DNA of 64,000 bases from Gemmatimonadales bacterium (lineage in GTDB: Bacteria; Gemmatimonadota; Gemmatimonadetes; Gemmatimonadales; GWC2-71-9), in the NCBI GenBank assembly GCA_038321865.1, contig JBBQFH010000002.1:96001-160000 (forward strand), written 5' to 3'. Within the stretch, counting starts at the first letter, position 1. Each line of letters opens with the position of its first letter. Both the position numbers and the translations under genes were made by a program. Of the stretch, positions 36,792 to 47,400 are shown piece after piece. The notes beneath the pieces are model-generated. The model ran no database searches, had not been told where the DNA came from, and saw only the letters and a program-made list of their open reading frames with translations.

Positions 36792-37745
36792 ATGACGGAC
36801 CTCTCGCTCTCCCGAAGCCAGATGCTGCTCCTGAGCGGCACTGCCAATCGCGCCCTCGCGGAAGAGGTGGCGGCGCATCTCGGGCAGCCGCTCTGCGCGG
36901 TGACGATCCGGCGCTTTGCCGACGGCGAGCTGTTCGTGAAGATCGACGAGAATGTGCGCGGGCGGGACGTCTATATCATTCAGCCGACCAATCCGCCGGC
37001 CGAGAACATGATGGAGCTGTTGCTCCTCATGGACGCGGCCAAGCGGGCGAGTGCGGCCCGGGTGACGGCGGTGATTCCGTATTTCGGGTACGCGCGCCAG
37101 GATCGCAAGGACCAGCCTCGCGTCGCCATCAGCGCGAAGCTGATGGCGAACATGGTCTCGATGGCCGGCGCCGACCGAGTGCTGGCGATGGACTTTCACC
37201 AGCATCAGCTTCAGGGATTCTTCGATCTGCCGGTCGATCATCTCTACGCGGCGCCGGTGTTCGTCAACCACTATCGGCAGAAGTCGCTGCGCGACCTCGC
37301 CATCGTGGCCCCCGACGTGGGCTCGGCTAAGATGGCCCGCGGCTTCGCCAAGCGGCTCAATGCATCGCTCGCGATCATCGACAAGCGCCGCCCGTCGGCC
37401 AACGTCGCCGAGGTGCTGAACGTCGTCGGAGATGTCCGCGGCAAGGACTGCCTGATTCCGGACGACATGATCGACACCGCCGGCACCATGGCGGAGGCGG
37501 TGATCGCGTTGAAGCGACTGGGTGCCGAGGACGTCTATTGCTGTGCGACGCACGCCCTGCTGTCGGGCCCCGCGGTCGAACGCCTGATGGCGTCCCCGGT
37601 AAAGGAAGTCGCCGTGACGAATACGATCGGCCTTCCGCCCGAGCGGCGGTTTGACCGGCTCAAGGTTCTATCGATCGCGGGACTGTTGTCCAAGGCGATC
37701 GGCTACACCCACAGCGACCAATCGGTGAGCTCGCTGTTCGACTGA
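36792..37745 (+). CDS. prs: Ribose-phosphate pyrophosphokinase
   Basis: FADGE, PYFGYARQDRK, APDVG, IDKRR, DDMIDTAGT, C-terminal SVSSLFD. Confidence 0.97.
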   Translation: MTDLSLSRSQMLLLSGTANRALAEEVAAHLGQPLCAVTIRRFADGELFVKIDENVRGRDVYIIQPTNPPAENMMELLLLMDAAKRASAARVTAVIPYFGYARQDRKDQPRVAISAKLMANMVSMAGADRVLAMDFHQHQLQGFFDLPVDHLYAAPVFVNHYRQKSLRDLAIVAPDVGSAKMARGFAKRLNASLAIIDKRRPSANVAEVLNVVGDVRGKDCLIPDDMIDTAGTMAEAVIALKRLGAEDVYCCATHALLSGPAVERLMASPVKEVAVTNTIGLPPERRFDRLKVLSIAGLLSKAIGYTHSDQSVSSLFD

Positions 37746-37785
37746 TACTGCGCCGGGTGGCGTACCACATACGAGGGATCGAACA

Positions 37786-38451
37786 ATGGCACAACAGGTG
37801 AGTCTGCAGGCGTCGACACGGAACAGCACCGGCAAGGGCGCGGCCCGCTCCTTCCGCCGCGCGGGCAAGGTTCCTGCCGTTATTTACGGGCACGGGCGCG
37901 AGCCCGAGGCCCTGGTGGTCGACGCGCCGGCGCTCAGCCGGATGCTGATCGGGATCAGCGCGGCGAGCACGATCGTGGACGTGACCGTGGACGGCCGCGC
38001 ACCGATCAAGGCGATCCTCCGCGAAATCCAGCGCAATCCGATTCGCCCGGCCGATATCATTCACGTCGATCTCTACGAGATTCACGCCGACGAAAAGATC
38101 ACCGTTGAGATTCCGGTCCATCTCACCGGCACGGCCGACGGCGTGCGCAACTTCGGCGGCGTGCTCGACCACATCCTCCGTACGCTCGAAGTCGAAGTCT
38201 TCCCGGGAGACATCCCTGCGAGCATCGATCTCGACGTGACGAATCTGGGCATTGGCGATTCGCTCTACGTCCGCGATATCACAGTCGAGAAGGCCGAGAT
38301 CCTGAACGACGGAGATCTGCCGGTCGTCACCGTGGTCGCCCCGCGGAGCGAGGAAGTCGCACCGGTCGTCGTGGAGGAAGCAACCTCGTCCGAGCCCGAG
38401 CTCATCCGGAAGGCGAAGGCCGAGGGCGAGGATACCGAACCGAAGGCGTAA
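37786..38451 (+). CDS. rplY: 50S ribosomal protein L25 (Ctc type)
   Basis: GKGAAR..RRAGKVPAVIYGHG, HVDLY, GGVLDH, acidic tail. Confidence 0.95.
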   Translation: MAQQVSLQASTRNSTGKGAARSFRRAGKVPAVIYGHGREPEALVVDAPALSRMLIGISAASTIVDVTVDGRAPIKAILREIQRNPIRPADIIHVDLYEIHADEKITVEIPVHLTGTADGVRNFGGVLDHILRTLEVEVFPGDIPASIDLDVTNLGIGDSLYVRDITVEKAEILNDGDLPVVTVVAPRSEEVAPVVVEEATSSEPELIRKAKAEGEDTEPKA

Positions 38452-38454
38452 GCA

Positions 38455-39021
38455 CTGCTCGTCATCACTGGCCTGGGCAACCCCGGCCCGGAGTACGCGG
38501 AAACCCGGCACAACGCCGGGTTTCTTCTCGTGGACCATCTCGCCGCCCGGTGGCGCTTCGGCGCATTCAAGCGTGCCGAGCGGGCTCGCCAGGCCAGCGG
38601 CGCATTCGATGGGCGCGACGTACTGCTCCTCAAGCCCCAGACGTACATGAATCGGAGCGGCGTGGCGCTGGCCCCGATGCTCGCGGCCGACGGCTTCGAT
38701 CCGGCGCAGCATCTCCTCGTGCTCGTGGACGATGTCGCGACCGACCTCGGCCGCTTCCGGCTTCGGGGCGCGGGATCGAGCGGCGGGCACAACGGGCTCA
38801 AGAGCATCGAAGCGACCCTGCGCCGGCAGGACTACGCGCGGCTCCGCATCGGAGTCGGCCCGGTGCCGGCGGCGACGGCCGATCTCGCCGACTTCGTGCT
38901 TGGCCCGTTCAGCACCGAGGAGCGGGCAACCGTAGACGGCCTGCTCGATCCGATGGCGGATGCCGTCGAGGCGTGGATCGTGGATGGCGTCGAGCGGGCG
39001 ATGACGCGCTTCAACCGGTAA
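38455..39021 (+). CDS. pth: Peptidyl-tRNA hydrolase (probable CTG start)
   Basis: GLGNPGPEYAETRHNAGF, KPQTYMNRSG, GSSGGHNGLKSI, RLRIGVG. No ATG/GTG/TTG precedes GLGNPG. Confidence 0.93.
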   Translation: MLVITGLGNPGPEYAETRHNAGFLLVDHLAARWRFGAFKRAERARQASGAFDGRDVLLLKPQTYMNRSGVALAPMLAADGFDPAQHLLVLVDDVATDLGRFRLRGAGSSGGHNGLKSIEATLRRQDYARLRIGVGPVPAATADLADFVLGPFSTEERATVDGLLDPMADAVEAWIVDGVERAMTRFNR

Positions 39022-39031
39022 GAGAAGGCTC

Positions 39032-40129
39032 ATGCTGCGACTCGGAATCGTCGGACTCCCCAACGTCGGCAAGTCGACGCTGTTCAACGCACTCACCTCC
39101 GCCGGTGCGCTGGTCGCCAACTACCCGTTCGCCACCATCGAGCCGAACACCGGCGTGGTGCAGGTACCTGATCGCCGGCTGGATGAGCTCGCCCGTATCG
39201 TCAGTCCGGAGCGGACGCTGCCGGCGACGGTGGAATTCCTCGACATCGCCGGCCTCGTCAAGGGCGCCAGCCAGGGCGAGGGGCTCGGCAATCAGTTCCT
39301 CGCCAACATCCGCGAAGTTGATGCGATCGTCCACGTGGTCCGTTGCTTCGAGGACGACGACATCCAGCATGTCATGGGCCCGGTGGACCCGGCGCGTGAC
39401 CGTGAGATCATCGACATCGAGCTGGGGCTGGCCGATCTCGCGAGCGTGGAGAAACGACTCGACAAGGCGGCCCGTGCGGCCCGGTCGGGGGATGCGCAGG
39501 CGAGACTGGAGCTCAAGCTGCTGGAGCAGCTCCAGCCGGTGCTCGCTGCCGGAACGCCGGCGCGGGACGTCACGCCCAGCGACGAGGAGCGTGCAGCCTA
39601 CCGCGCGTTCAATCTGCTGACCTCGAAGCCAGTCCTCTACGCCGCCAATGTCGGAGAGGCCGACATCAATACCGGCAATCGCTTTGTCGAGGCCCTGCGT
39701 CAGTCGCTCGAACGCGAGGATGCCGACGGCGAGATCGTGACGTTCTCCGCCAAGGTAGAGGCCGAACTCGCCGAATTGCCCCCCGAAGACCGGGCGGAGT
39801 TTCTCGAATCCCTGGGGCTGTCCGAGTCGGGGCTGGACCGCCTCGCACACGGCGCCTACCACCTCCTCGGGCTTCAGAGCTACTTCACGGCCGGCGAGAA
39901 GGAAGTGCGCGCCTGGACGATTCACCGCGGAGACAAGGCCCCGGCGGCCGCCGGTGTCATCCATTCGGACTTCGAGAAGGGGTTTATCCGGGCGGAGACG
40001 GTGAGCTACGATGCGTTCGTGCGCGTGGGAGGCTGGAAGCCGGCACGGGACCAGGGACTGGCACGGGCCGAAGGCAAGGAATATGTCGTGAACGACGGTG
40101 ATGTCATGCTGTTTCGATTCACGTCATAG
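39032..40129 (+). CDS. ychF: Redox-regulated ATPase YchF
   Basis: [55 protein letters not shown]. Confidence 0.97.
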   Translation: MLRLGIVGLPNVGKSTLFNALTSAGALVANYPFATIEPNTGVVQVPDRRLDELARIVSPERTLPATVEFLDIAGLVKGASQGEGLGNQFLANIREVDAIVHVVRCFEDDDIQHVMGPVDPARDREIIDIELGLADLASVEKRLDKAARAARSGDAQARLELKLLEQLQPVLAAGTPARDVTPSDEERAAYRAFNLLTSKPVLYAANVGEADINTGNRFVEALRQSLEREDADGEIVTFSAKVEAELAELPPEDRAEFLESLGLSESGLDRLAHGAYHLLGLQSYFTAGEKEVRAWTIHRGDKAPAAAGVIHSDFEKGFIRAETVSYDAFVRVGGWKPARDQGLARAEGKEYVVNDGDVMLFRFTS

Positions 40130-40191
40130 GCTCAGCCGCTCCCTACCATCCAGCTCCCGGTCAAGCTATTATTGCAGGCTCACATATCTCC

Positions 40192-40264
40192 TCCTCGGCC
40201 CCGCACCAGGGCCGGGGCGCACCCGCCGGGCCCCGAGCCCGGCACTCGTCCAAAGGACGGTGTC
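40192..40264 (+). promoter_or_regulatory. Structured rpsF leader (candidate S6:S18 autoregulatory element)
   Basis: Hairpins CTCGGCCC/GGGCCGGG, GCCGGG-CCCCGAG-CCCGGC and CGTCC-AAA-GGACG, the last covering the SD. Position matches known S6:S18 leaders. Confidence 0.4.
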
Positions 40265-40609
40265 ATGACCCACCAGTATGAGGTGGTCTACATCTTCGAT
40301 AGTGCCCTCGAAGACACGGCCATCACCGAGCGCCTCGAGCGCTTCCACACCCTCATCAGGCAGGATGGCGTCGACGCCCCCACTCTGGATCACTGGGGCA
40401 AGCGCGCATTGGCCTACCCGATCCGGAAGCACGAAATCGGCAACTACGTCGTCGCCAAGTTCGAGACGGCCGCGGTCGCGCTGCCGGAGTTCGAGCGTGC
40501 CATCAAGCTCGACGAAGGCGTGCTGCGCCACCTCGTCGTCGCGAACGAGGGAGCTCAGCCGGTCCCGGTGTCCGCTGCGAAAACCGGCGACGAGGAGGAC
40601 GACGAATGA
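40265..40609 (+). CDS. rpsF: 30S ribosomal protein S6
   Basis: [24 protein letters not shown]. Confidence 0.95.
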   Translation: MTHQYEVVYIFDSALEDTAITERLERFHTLIRQDGVDAPTLDHWGKRALAYPIRKHEIGNYVVAKFETAAVALPEFERAIKLDEGVLRHLVVANEGAQPVPVSAAKTGDEEDDE

Positions 40610-40827
40610 AGCGCGCCGCGAAGACCTGCGCCATTTGCGAGTCGGGCGTCCGGGTCGTCGATTTCAAGGATGAGCGTACGCTCTCCCGGTTTCTCACGGA
40701 GCGCGGCAAGATCCTGCCGAGCCGCCTGTCGGGCACCTGCGCGCGGCATCAGCGTCAGCTGAGCACGGCGATCAAGCGGGCGCGGCAGCTCGCGCTGCTG
40801 CCGTATATCAAGGGATTCGCCGGCTGA
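40606..40827 (+). CDS. rpsR: 30S ribosomal protein S18 (Zn-binding C+ type)
   Basis: [34 protein letters not shown]. Confidence 0.97.
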   Translation: MKRAAKTCAICESGVRVVDFKDERTLSRFLTERGKILPSRLSGTCARHQRQLSTAIKRARQLALLPYIKGFAG

Positions 40828-40838
40828 CCAGCGGACTC

Positions 40839-41789
40839 GTGGCCCCGGAGCGCCGGCACGGCGTGCTGGCGACCGCGTTGCTGGTGGCGGCGTATCTGCT
40901 GCTGGCCCCGTGGGTCTTCGTCCTGGGGCCGCTGGTCGTGCTGCTGCTGGTTTCGCGCCCCGCGGCTCGGCGGGAGCTGATCCTGCTGGCGGTGTCGGTT
41001 CCGCTGCTGGCCATCTCGCTGCTCGCCGTCGGGGGGCTGTTCGCGCAGTTCGTGCGGGCCGCGGGAGTGCTGCTGACGGGTGCCTTCGTCGTGCTCATGC
41101 TGTGGCGGCCGGGCCCGGTCTTCGGCCGCGCGCTGACGGCGATCGCCGCCGCGGGCGCGGGTGTCCTCATCTGGGGGAGCCAGTTCGGATTCGGCTGGCC
41201 GCAGGTCCAGGTGGAAGCCGCGCGGGACACCCACGCGTTCTTCCAGCAACAGGCGACCGCGGCGGCGGCGCAGGGATCGGCCGGCGAAACCGCCCAGCGA
41301 CTCTTCACGCAACTGGCCGCGGGCGCCGATGACGTGGCTGCGCTGTTCCCAGCGATTCTGGTGCTGGGCGCGCTGGGCGGGCTCGCGCTGGCCTGGCGGG
41401 TGTATCAGCAGGTAGCGGAACACCCGCTCATCCGGTCAGAGCCGGCATTCGCGGCATTCCGATTCGGTGATCAGTTCGTCTGGGCTCCCGTCATCGCGCT
41501 GGCGGCGTTGGTGCTGCCGGTCGGCGACGCGCTGAACCCGATCTCGATTCGCATCGTCGCACAGAATGTCCTGCTCGTCTGCGTCGTGCTCTACACCGTC
41601 CGCGGGCTGGCCGTCTTCTGGACGGTGGCACGCTCGGCGCCCCGGATGATCGTCCTGGTGCTGTCGCTCGTCGCGATCTTCTTGTCTCCGTTCGCCGTGA
41701 GCGGCCTGGCGCTGCTCGGACTGGCGGACTCCTGGGTAGATTTCCGGCGGCGCCTGGCGCCGCCGTCAACTGGAGGGTTCAGCCCATGA
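40839..41789 (+). CDS. DUF2232 (YybS-like) membrane protein
   Basis: Multi-TM; C-terminal LGLADSWVDFR; usual position between rpsR and rplI. Confidence 0.8.
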   Translation: MAPERRHGVLATALLVAAYLLLAPWVFVLGPLVVLLLVSRPAARRELILLAVSVPLLAISLLAVGGLFAQFVRAAGVLLTGAFVVLMLWRPGPVFGRALTAIAAAGAGVLIWGSQFGFGWPQVQVEAARDTHAFFQQQATAAAAQGSAGETAQRLFTQLAAGADDVAALFPAILVLGALGGLALAWRVYQQVAEHPLIRSEPAFAAFRFGDQFVWAPVIALAALVLPVGDALNPISIRIVAQNVLLVCVVLYTVRGLAVFWTVARSAPRMIVLVLSLVAIFLSPFAVSGLALLGLADSWVDFRRRLAPPSTGGFSP

Positions 41790-42232
41790 TGGAAGTGATC
41801 CTGCGCGAAGACGTGAAGTCGCTCGGCAAGGCCGGCGACATGGTCCGCGTCAAGCCAGGCTTTGGTCGTAACTACCTGCTGCCCAATGGGCTGGCCTACG
41901 AGGCGACCGAGGGCAACAAGAAGCGTATCGCCGCGGAAACCAGGGCGCGCGGTGTTCGTGCCGAGGCGGACCGGACCGAGGCGCAGGCCGAGGCGGCGCG
42001 ACTCAGCACCGCGGCGATCGAGCTGACCGGCAAGGCCGGTGAAGAAGGCAAGCTGTTCGGTTCGATCACGACGGCCGATATCGCTGAGGCGCTGGCGGCA
42101 AAGGGCTACGAGGTGGACAAGCGGCGCATCGAGCTCGATCAGCCGATCAAGAGCCTTGGCCATCACACCGTCGGGGTCCGCCTCCACGGCGACATCCGGG
42201 CCGAAGTGCACGTGAACGTCGTCGCGGAGTAA
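41786..42232 (+). CDS. rplI: 50S ribosomal protein L9
   Basis: MEVIL..DV..LGK.GD.V.VKPGFGRNYLLP, GKLFGSIT. Confidence 0.97.
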   Translation: MMEVILREDVKSLGKAGDMVRVKPGFGRNYLLPNGLAYEATEGNKKRIAAETRARGVRAEADRTEAQAEAARLSTAAIELTGKAGEEGKLFGSITTADIAEALAAKGYEVDKRRIELDQPIKSLGHHTVGVRLHGDIRAEVHVNVVAE

Positions 42233-42242
42233 GCCGGCAGGC

Positions 42243-44078
42243 ATGACCGTCGGAATCGCCTACGTCGACGGACCCCGCCTCGCGCGATCCTTCTTCGCCG
42301 CGGCCGACTGGGTCACGGCGGGCCGCGAAGAGATCAACCGGATCAACGTGTTTCCGGTGCCCGACGGCGACACCGGCACCAACTTCAGTCTGACGCTTCG
42401 CGCCGTCGCCGACGCCCTCCGGGCGCTCGGCGACGCCTCGCTTCAGGCCACGGCCAGCACGGCGGCACGAGCAGCGGTGCTGGGGGCGCGGGGCAACTCC
42501 GGGATGATGCTGGCGCACTTCCTCCTCGGATTTGCCGAGGGGCTGGGCGATCGCACCTCGGCCCGCGCGTCGGACATCGCGCGAGCCGTGCGGCGCGGCG
42601 CCGACACTCTCGAGTCCTCGCTCGATGACCCGCGCGAGGGCACCATCCTGACGGTTGCACGGGAGGCGGCCGCGGCGGCCGAGCGCGGCGCCCGCCAGTC
42701 CGAAGACATCGGCGACTTCATGCGCTACCTCCTGCGTGAGGGGGAGGTCGCCCTGGCGCACACCCCGGAACTGATGGCCGTGCTGAAGGAGGCCGGCGTC
42801 GTGGACGCCGGCGGGAAGGGATTCATGCGGATGGTGGAAGGAGTCGTCCGGCTCATCCAGGGCGATCCGCTGCTCCCCGCCGGCGGTGCCGACTCCGATG
42901 GTCCGCCCCCGGTCGTCTTTGCCGAGGTCGCTGCCGATCGCGATTTCCAGTACTGCACCGAGGTCCTGGTGCGCGGGGAACAGCTGCCTCCCGCGAACGA
43001 GGTTCGAGCGGCCCTCCACGCATTCGGCGGATCCATCGTCGTGATCAGCACCGGTGACATCCTCAAGATTCACGTACACACCGATGTGCCGGAGGCTGTC
43101 TTCGCCTCGGCCGCGCGCTGGGGAACGGTCGAGACGACCAAGGCGGAGGACATGCGGCAGCAGCACCGGCAGCTGGCTCATGGCGACCGCCGCCCGGTTG
43201 CCATCGTGACCGACAGCTCCGCCGACCTGCCCGACGCGGTGCTCGATCGGCATCGCATCACCCTGGTCCCGCTGCAGGTCCTGTTCGGCGACCAGTCGTT
43301 CCGGGATCGGGTCGAGCTGAGGCCGGAGGAGTTCTACCGCCGCTTGCGCGCTTCCAAGGAGCTGCCGACGACCTCCCAGCCCACTCCGGCGGATTTCACC
43401 CGGGTGTTTCGTGATGCGCTCCAGGAGGCTGACGACGTCGTGGGCGTGCTGCTCTCATCAGGGCTTTCCGGCACCTTTCAGTCCGGGCAGGCCGCCCGGC
43501 GCGGGAAGGGATTGGAGCGGGTCCACCTCGTCGACAGCGGATCGGCGTCGCTGGGCGTAGGAATGCTGGCGCTCCGCGCGGCCGAGCTGGCCGAGTCGGG
43601 CTGGCCCGCCGACTCGATCGTGACCGAACTGGCGCGGATCCGACGCCAGTCGGGAATGCTGCTCACCGTGGACCGGTACGACAACCTCATTCGCTCGGGA
43701 CGGGTCAGCCGGGGCAAGGCGTGGCTGGGCGGGATGCTGGACGTCAAGCCGATCCTGTCGCTGGACCCGGACGGCCGAGTCGTCCCGGTGGACCGTGTGC
43801 GCGGACGGGACAACGTCGTCCCCCGTGTATTGTCGCTGCTGGATCGCCGGCTGACACCGCGTCCAACGGTCGTCCGATTTGGCGTCGCGCACGCCGACGC
43901 ACCGGAGGTGGCCGAGCGGGTCCGGACCGCGTTGGTCGCGGCGTACCGGCCACGGAATTGTTTCGTAACTCTCGCCACCGGGGTGCTCGGCACCCATGTT
44001 GGTCCCGGTGCATGGGGCATCTTCTATCAGGTGGAGGACGGCACGCCGGCCCGTCTCAACCCGGGGGCGAGCCGGTGA
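42243..44078 (+). CDS. DAK2-DegV fusion (FakA/FakB-like fatty acid kinase)
   Basis: INVFPVPDGDTGTN, GARGNSG, EGTILTV, VVDAGG, YCTE, KIHVHT, then DegV motifs IVTDSS, TTSQP, SSGLSGT, HVGPG. Confidence 0.88.
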   Translation: MTVGIAYVDGPRLARSFFAAADWVTAGREEINRINVFPVPDGDTGTNFSLTLRAVADALRALGDASLQATASTAARAAVLGARGNSGMMLAHFLLGFAEGLGDRTSARASDIARAVRRGADTLESSLDDPREGTILTVAREAAAAAERGARQSEDIGDFMRYLLREGEVALAHTPELMAVLKEAGVVDAGGKGFMRMVEGVVRLIQGDPLLPAGGADSDGPPPVVFAEVAADRDFQYCTEVLVRGEQLPPANEVRAALHAFGGSIVVISTGDILKIHVHTDVPEAVFASAARWGTVETTKAEDMRQQHRQLAHGDRRPVAIVTDSSADLPDAVLDRHRITLVPLQVLFGDQSFRDRVELRPEEFYRRLRASKELPTTSQPTPADFTRVFRDALQEADDVVGVLLSSGLSGTFQSGQAARRGKGLERVHLVDSGSASLGVGMLALRAAELAESGWPADSIVTELARIRRQSGMLLTVDRYDNLIRSGRVSRGKAWLGGMLDVKPILSLDPDGRVVPVDRVRGRDNVVPRVLSLLDRRLTPRPTVVRFGVAHADAPEVAERVRTALVAAYRPRNCFVTLATGVLGTHVGPGAWGIFYQVEDGTPARLNPGASR

Positions 44079-44473
44079 GGGATAATAAGGCGGCGCACCA
44101 CAGCGCCGAGCGGACGACCGTTCGAACCGGCTTGCCCGAGGGTCTCGGCATCGCGATCGACGCCATCCGCGATCTGAAAGCCAATGGTGTGGTGGTCATC
44201 GATCTCCGCACCATGTACGATGCCACTGATTTCTTTGTCATCGCGTCCGGCACCTCCGACGCGCACGTCCGCGGCATCGCGGAGTCAGTGATCGAGAAGC
44301 TCAATCGGCGCGGTCACCGCGCCCATCACATCGAAGGCCTGCCGGGCGGACGCTGGGTCCTGCTCGACTTCGTGGATTTCGTGGTCCACCTGTTCCATCC
44401 GGAGACCCGCTCGTTTTATCAGCTCGAGCGGCTCTGGAGCGACGCACCGGAGCTGCTGATCGGCTCCTCCTGA
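44075..44473 (+). CDS. rsfS: Ribosome silencing factor
   Basis: DFFVIASG.S..HV, WVLLDFVDFVVHLF...R.FYQLERLW; GTGA overlap with the upstream stop. Confidence 0.93.
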   Translation: MRDNKAAHHSAERTTVRTGLPEGLGIAIDAIRDLKANGVVVIDLRTMYDATDFFVIASGTSDAHVRGIAESVIEKLNRRGHRAHHIEGLPGGRWVLLDFVDFVVHLFHPETRSFYQLERLWSDAPELLIGSS

Positions 44474-44485
44474 CGAGGTTTTATC

Positions 44486-47400
44486 ATGCTGCGACGCTGC
44501 GCCCCCGCGCTGCTCTCCGCCCTGCTGGCTCTGCCGGCCTCGCTCTCCGCCCAGTATTTCGGCCAGAACAAGGTCCAGTACGAGTCATTCGGCTTCAAGA
44601 TCATCGAGACCCAGCATTTCGATGTGTACTTCTACGAGCGCGAGCGCCCGGCGGCGATGGACGTCGCGCGGATGGCGGAGCGGTCGTACGCCCGACTCGC
44701 CAAGGTGCTCAACCATCAGTTCCACGAGCGCAAGCCGATCATCGTCTACGCCTCGCACGCCGACTTCATTCAGACCAACGCGACGCCGGGTGATGTCGGC
44801 GAGGGCACCGGTGGCTTCACCGACTTCCTCAAGCATCGCAACATCTTTCCTCTGACGGGCTCGTATGCGGAAAACCAGCACGTTCTCACGCACGAGATGA
44901 CCCACCAGTTTCAGTACGACATCTGGTCCGGCGGCAAGGCAGGCGGCGGCATCTCGACGCTGATCGCCGTCAATCCGCCCCTCTGGTTCGTCGAGGGCAT
45001 GGCCGAATACATGTCGCTCGGCTCGGTGGACCCCAACACGGCGATGTGGCTGCGCGATGCCGCGATCGAGGGGAAACTCCCGACGATCAATCAGCTCGAG
45101 AATGACCCCCGGGTCTTTCCCTACCGTTTCGGGCACGCCCTGCTGGCCTACATCGGCGAGCGATGGGGCGACGAGGCGATCGGCGCGATCCTGCAGACAT
45201 CGCGAACCGCCGGCATCGAAGGCGCCTTCCGCCGGGTGCTTGGCCTCACGCTGAATCAGCTCTCGGATCAGTGGCGGGACGCGGTCCAGAAGAAATATCT
45301 CCCCGAGATCGGCACCCGGCCGAAGGCCCGGGCGATGGCCACCGCGATGCTCACGAAAGCGCGGTCGCAGGGGACGCTGCATCTCGCACCGGCCCTCTCC
45401 CCTGACGGCAGCAAGGTGGCGTATTTCAGCGAGAAGGACTTCTTCTTCGTCGACCTGTACCTGGCCGACGTGGCAACCGGCAAGGTCGACCGGCGCCTGC
45501 TGAAATCCACCTACAGCAGCAACTACGAGACGTTCCGGTTCATCAATTCCCAGGCGAGCTGGTCCCCCGACGGTCGGCTCATCGCGACCGCGGGCAAGCG
45601 CGGCCCACGAGACGAGATCGTCATTATCGACGTCAAGCAGAACCGCCAGGTCGGGCGAATCAAGGTGAACCTCAACGGCGTAACGACGCCGTCATTCAGT
45701 CCGGACGGCAAGCGGCTGGTTTTTACCGGGTATGACGGCGGGATCTCCGACCTGTTCGTCGTCGATGTGGATGGGCGGAATTTCCGGCGTTTGACCAACG
45801 ACAAGAATGCCGATTTCGATCCGGTCTGGTCGCCGGACGGAAAGACGATCGCCTTTGCCACCGATCGGGGTCCCAGGACCAATTTCACCGACCTCGCGTT
45901 CGGCAACCTCCGGATCGCCCTCTACGACCTCGACACCGGGAACATCCGGCTGCTGTCGCACATGGACGAAGGGACCAACGTCAGCGTGCAGTGGGCGCCG
46001 GACGGACGGTCCCTCGCCTTCGTATCCGATCGGACCGGCGTCAGCAACATTTTCCTGTACGAGCTCGGCGACGATCAGCTCTACCAGCTGACGGACTTTT
46101 ACACCGGCGTCCAGGGCATCACGCCGATCTCGCCGGTGCTGTCATGGGCCCACGCGGCCGACCGGCTCGCGTTCGTCTACTATGAAGACGGCAAGTACGA
46201 CGTGTACTCGCTCGCCAATCCGCGGAGCCTCAAGCGCCAGCCGTTCGTGACCATGCCGCGGGACAGTGCCGCCGGCGTCGCCAGCATCAGTGCCCGACCC
46301 GCTGCGCCCGGTGCACCCACTGCGGCTGCCCCCGCGGCTGCCGGCACACCCCAGCCACAGGTCGGGGAGGGCGGATCGATCTACCGCACGCCGCGCGGAT
46401 TCAGGTCCTCCAGCGAAATCGCGATCAGCGGTGACAGCTCGAAGGTCCCGGTACCGGTCTCCATCGTGGCGCTGATGGACTCGGTGAACTTTGCGCTTCC
46501 CGACACGGGCGACTTCTCGGAGAAAACGTACAAGGTTCATTTCACGCCGGACTATGTGGCCCGCCCGTCCATCGGGTACACCCGCGACAACTTCGGAAAC
46601 GGTTTCTTCGGCGGGAGCGCAGTCCAGCTGAGCGACATGCTGGGCAACCAGCAGCTGGTCTTCGCCGGATACGTGAATGGCCGGATCACGGAGTCGCAGG
46701 TGCTGGCCGCGTACACCAACCTGGCGCATCGCACGAACTATGCATTCGGCGTCCAGCAGCTGCCGTACTTCTTCTTCGAGTCGTACGAAAACCGGGTCGG
46801 CACGGGGCCGGGGGAGAACACCTTCGTCACCAACATCCGGCGCATCGTGCTGCGGTCAGCGTTCGTGCAGGCCTCGCACCCGTTCAGCCGTTTCCAGCGG
46901 CTGGAAGCCGCGATGAACTACACCAACGTCAGCGATGCCAACCTGGAGATTCAGGAGCCGTACGACGCCGCCACCGGCATTCCGCTCACCGACCCCATCC
47001 TGGTGACCAACGGGCTGCCCGGCATCAACTACGTGCAGCCCTCGCTCGCCCTGGTATTCGACAACTCCCTCTCCGGCTACGTGGGCCCGTTCCTCGGGCG
47101 CCGCTACCGGCTCGAGGTCGCGCAGAATATCGGCAACTGGCGCTTCACCCAGCTCACCGCCGATTTTCGCCGGTATGACAAGCTCATCGGTCCCTTCACG
47201 CTGGCGACACGGGCCCTGTACTTCGGACGTATCGGCCGGGACGCTCAGCAATTCCGGATTTTCGGGGGCAGCACCGAGCTGATCCGTGGCTACACCTCCG
47301 GTTCGTACCAGCGCCACGAGTGCGCCAATGCGCCGTCCACGGGCACGGTCACCGGTTGCGCGGCGCTCGACCGACTGGTGGGCACGCAGATTGGCGTCGC

